Origin: Tubiluchus corallicola
Taxonomy: Eukaryota; Animalia; Priapulida
NCBI GenBank assembly: GCA_030141605.1
Contig: JAQGDQ010000295.1
Coordinates: 62,001-126,000, forward strand
Reading direction: 5' to 3'
Length of the DNA: 64,000 bases
Positions 62,513 to 64,000 of the stretch are shown here, one piece after another; position 1 is the stretch's first letter, and each line of letters begins with the position of its first letter. The position numbers and the translations under genes are program-made. The notes beneath the pieces were generated by a model, which was not told the origin of the DNA, made no database searches, and worked only from the letters and a program-made list of their open reading frames with translations.

Positions 62513-64000
62513 ATTTGTGCTCATAACCTCAGAAGTTCTATGTCAATACCTTGACAGTTAAAGAGATAACCTTTAATCAACTTATTTACATCATTACATT
62601 TTTTTAATTAATTTGCAGTCTTAATATCTATTTACACTATCTACAATGTGAACTGGTTTGTGTTAGAAATCGTTTAATAATGCAGAATTCGAGTTTTCTA
62701 ACACGGATGCAAGAACATGACGAGCTGATGGAGTGTCAGTTGTAAAACATGATTATCACAAGGTTTATTTAGTGGGAAAACTAATCTCTATATTCGGGTG
62801 TCACAACATAACTGCATTATGATAAAAAAATTATCAAAAATCATAAAACACTACAGAAATAACGAAGTCAGTGCTACGATCAAGTGCCACATCTACGGTT
62901 AAATCCATATAAGAGAGAATGCTGCAGTTGTAACAGATCTCATCCATTGGTAATTCTTCGCACGTCTTCGTACTGACCGTTATTTTTGTATTATTGTTTT
63001 TAGGTCTGTTGGTAATTTTTTGTGATCATGTTACTAATTTACTAAAGACTGCTTTTGGCCTTATATTCAGCTTCATAATTTTCGTAAATTGAAACGATCA
63101 TCGCTACTGTAAATAAATCATGTTGATTCCTAGAAACTGGCCTTTTCACGTACTTAGTAGTTTCACTGAAACAGGTCTCTTGTGAAAGTAAGATTCAGAA
63201 GAATCAGAACCATCCTCACTACTTGCCAAAACAGTCAAGTGATTTATATTTTTATTCATGGTTCTTATTAGTTTGGTTTCATTTGGAAATTACTATTTAA
63301 AGCACCAGCGGACCGTATGTGTTTGTTTTAGGCCTAACTAAGATGAGAAAAATTGCTAAATGATGGCCGGGTGCATCACACTGATGAGGTACTTAGTGCC
63401 TTAGATTTTTGTTTCGATTTGAAATTTAAAAGTGTTGACTGTTGTTGTGTGTTGACATATACTTTGGATATGTCAAAATTTTTGAATTTGGTAAGGATGT
63501 GATTATGACCGTACGAACTTACTTATGTGGAAAGCATTAGAAGAACAGAATTGGTAAACCGATCATTCCTACTAGCGAAATTCGTAATACTGGACAGTGT
63601 CACATAATTGCCAGCTTCAGCTACAAAAGTCAAATTGCCGACCAAAGTAGCCAGTTAGGTTATTTTGCTTAAATGCTAGTATTGAAGTTAACAAGTAAAC
63701 ATTTGGCAGCTTGTAAATTTGATAAATTAGCTGCTAAGTAACTGCATGAGTCTGTTTTCCAAACTGGTATATTGTGGTCCCAGTAGATTTAATATGTGAC
63801 GTCTCAGGAGGTAGGCCTATCACTGTAGCATCATGATCTATCAGTGATTAATGACGGGCATGCATACCAGGTAGTCATGTCATAAGGTTCTTTCAGGAAG
63901 CTAAATTTAATGGAAAAATGTTTGCCTGGAGAGGTTGGGTCCCCAAGTAACCCACAACTGGTTATTATATTTTTATTACGTGTTATTATAACAAATGTCT

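Noticed and set aside
63382-63410. CTGATGA plus short stem (hammerhead-like)
   Set aside because: The required GAAA after stem II is absent.

Overview
AT-rich eukaryotic (invertebrate metazoan-like) genomic DNA. The only well-supported protein-coding gene is a WRN-type RecQ helicase on the minus strand (50999-54481). Its 1160-aa CDS lies in a single exon, lacks the N-terminal exonuclease domain, and appears to have introns only in the 5' UTR. The first ~51 kb have no long ORF. They contain non-autonomous DNA transposons (TTAA-flanked Kolobok/T2-like MITEs, hAT-like MITEs with 8-bp TSDs), decayed L2/CR1-type LINE 3' ends, a SINE sharing a LINE tail, tRNA-like cores inside inverted repeats, mini- and microsatellites, several hairpins, and scattered candidate minus-strand exons and regulatory motifs. 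No prokaryotic-type system (CRISPR, operon) is present. The species cannot be determined from the sequence alone, and all repeat alignments were made by eye.
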